From contig CAWBWI010000003.1 in assembly GCA_963792585.1 (NCBI GenBank), forward strand, positions 352,001 through 416,000: DNA of 64,000 nucleotides, in the 5' to 3' direction. This document shows positions 63,463 through 64,000 of the stretch, piece after piece. How positions within the stretch are numbered: the stretch's first letter is position 1; each line of letters begins with the position of its first letter. The stretch is from Candidatus Eiseniibacteriota bacterium. GTDB taxonomy: Bacteria > Eisenbacteria > RBG-16-71-46 > CAIMUX01 > VGJL01. The notes under the pieces were generated by a model that saw nothing but the letters and a program-made list of their open reading frames with translations, did not search any database and was not told the DNA's origin. The position numbers were made by a program, and so were the translations under genes.

Positions 63463-64000
63463 ATGAGGAAGGTCGCCCTTGTCCTTGTCCTGAGCTTCGT
63501 CGCCACAGGCGGCGCGCTCGCCGTCAACCCGAGCCTCATGGCCGGTGGGGGGGGCACGCAGAACGTCCTCAACTCCGGCCGAGATACCTACTGGAGTGAG
63601 CCGCCCGATCTGGAGGGTCTGATCGCGTCCTCGGAAGTCATCGGGCAGTTCGGCCTCGAGACGGAAATCGCAAACGACTTCTATCTCACCCAGAACGCCA
63701 CTGTCTGGGCCGTCTGGTGGGGTGGGTACTACAACAACAATGGTTGTGGCGACATCGGTGTTGCAACGAACTGGAATCTTCGGTACTACGACGACGGTGG
63801 CTGTGTTCCGCTGAACACGGTTTCCGAAGGTCTCGGCGCGTATGCGAACGAGAACTTCGTCTATTGTCAGGGCGGGTTCTACCCGATCTTCCGGTACACG
63901 GCCGACGTCTGCTGCGCGGTTCTCGCGAATACGCTGTACTGGTTCGGCGCGCAGGCAGCCGATCACGCGTTCCCGCCTCAGGTCGGCCGCGTAGCCTCTG
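63463..64000 (+). CDS. Array copy 7, truncated by the window end
   Basis: ATGAGGAAGGTCGCC start and an open frame with WSEPPDLEG, IANDF, WWGGY and YWFGAQ to the end of the window. Confidence 0.88.
   Translation, partial: MRKVALVLVLSFVATGGALAVNPSLMAGGGGTQNVLNSGRDTYWSEPPDLEGLIASSEVIGQFGLETEIANDFYLTQNATVWAVWWGGYYNNNGCGDIGVATNWNLRYYDDGGCVPLNTVSEGLGAYANENFVYCQGGFYPIFRYTADVCCAVLANTLYWFGAQAADHAFPPQVGRVAS

Larger units (their letters stand above)
57290..64000 (+). repeat. Tandem repeat of about 1.03-kb units (gene plus roughly 300-bp spacer), at least 7 units
   Basis: Gene starts at 57307, 58334, 59351, 60382, 61407, 62433 and 63463. Each stop is followed by a near-identical block GTCCGGCGAAT..GAGGTCCGCTGTGGCGCAGCGGGCTTCAGGTGGCACA. 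Confidence 0.95.

Noticed and set aside
57310..63468. Conserved AGG codon right after the start as the target of the tRNA
   Set aside because: It lies in a near-identical block explained by common descent, is absent from copy 2, and does not match the UAU anticodon as sequenced.
57290..64000. CRISPR array, integron cassette array or diversity-generating retroelement
   Set aside because: Units are about 1 kb and each encodes a paralog of one protein. No cas, integrase or reverse transcriptase gene is in the window, and variation includes indels rather than adenine-only changes.

Overview
GC-rich bacterial DNA, probably from an uncultured FCB-type anaerobe (inferred from secreted proteins with FlgD-Ig C-terminal domains and a TWGxVKxLYR tail). 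Several stretches (about 8.4-20.5, 26.6-31.2 and 36.9-37.5 kb) have many small frameshifts that look like assembly errors. The left and middle of the window hold ordinary metabolism: a Rex-led [FeFe]-hydrogenase operon (hydCBA, a hydrogenase-like histidine kinase, two regulators, hydEGF), a bcerS/cerR/PAP2 sphingolipid-like cluster, a long GreA, a UGA-containing Rdx/SelW selenoprotein missed by the ORF track, two MacAB-like ABC exporters, glgX, acsA-ACP-kbl and secreted proteins. The most unusual part is 51.9-64 kb. A sigma70-type promoter precedes a tRNA gene with a UAU anticodon that is split in its D-arm by a structured 229-nt insertion. Four overlapping genes follow: a Met S-methyltransferase (MmtN)-like enzyme, a second methyltransferase, a LeuRS paralog with a remodelled amino-acid pocket, and a nicotianamine-synthase-like enzyme. 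Then comes a tandem array of at least 7 secreted-protein paralogs. All six complete copies carry an in-frame ATA codon, the codon read by UAU, in a hypervariable linker just before the C-terminal sorting motif. This is a candidate AUA recoding (non-canonical amino acid) system or a rare-codon control system.
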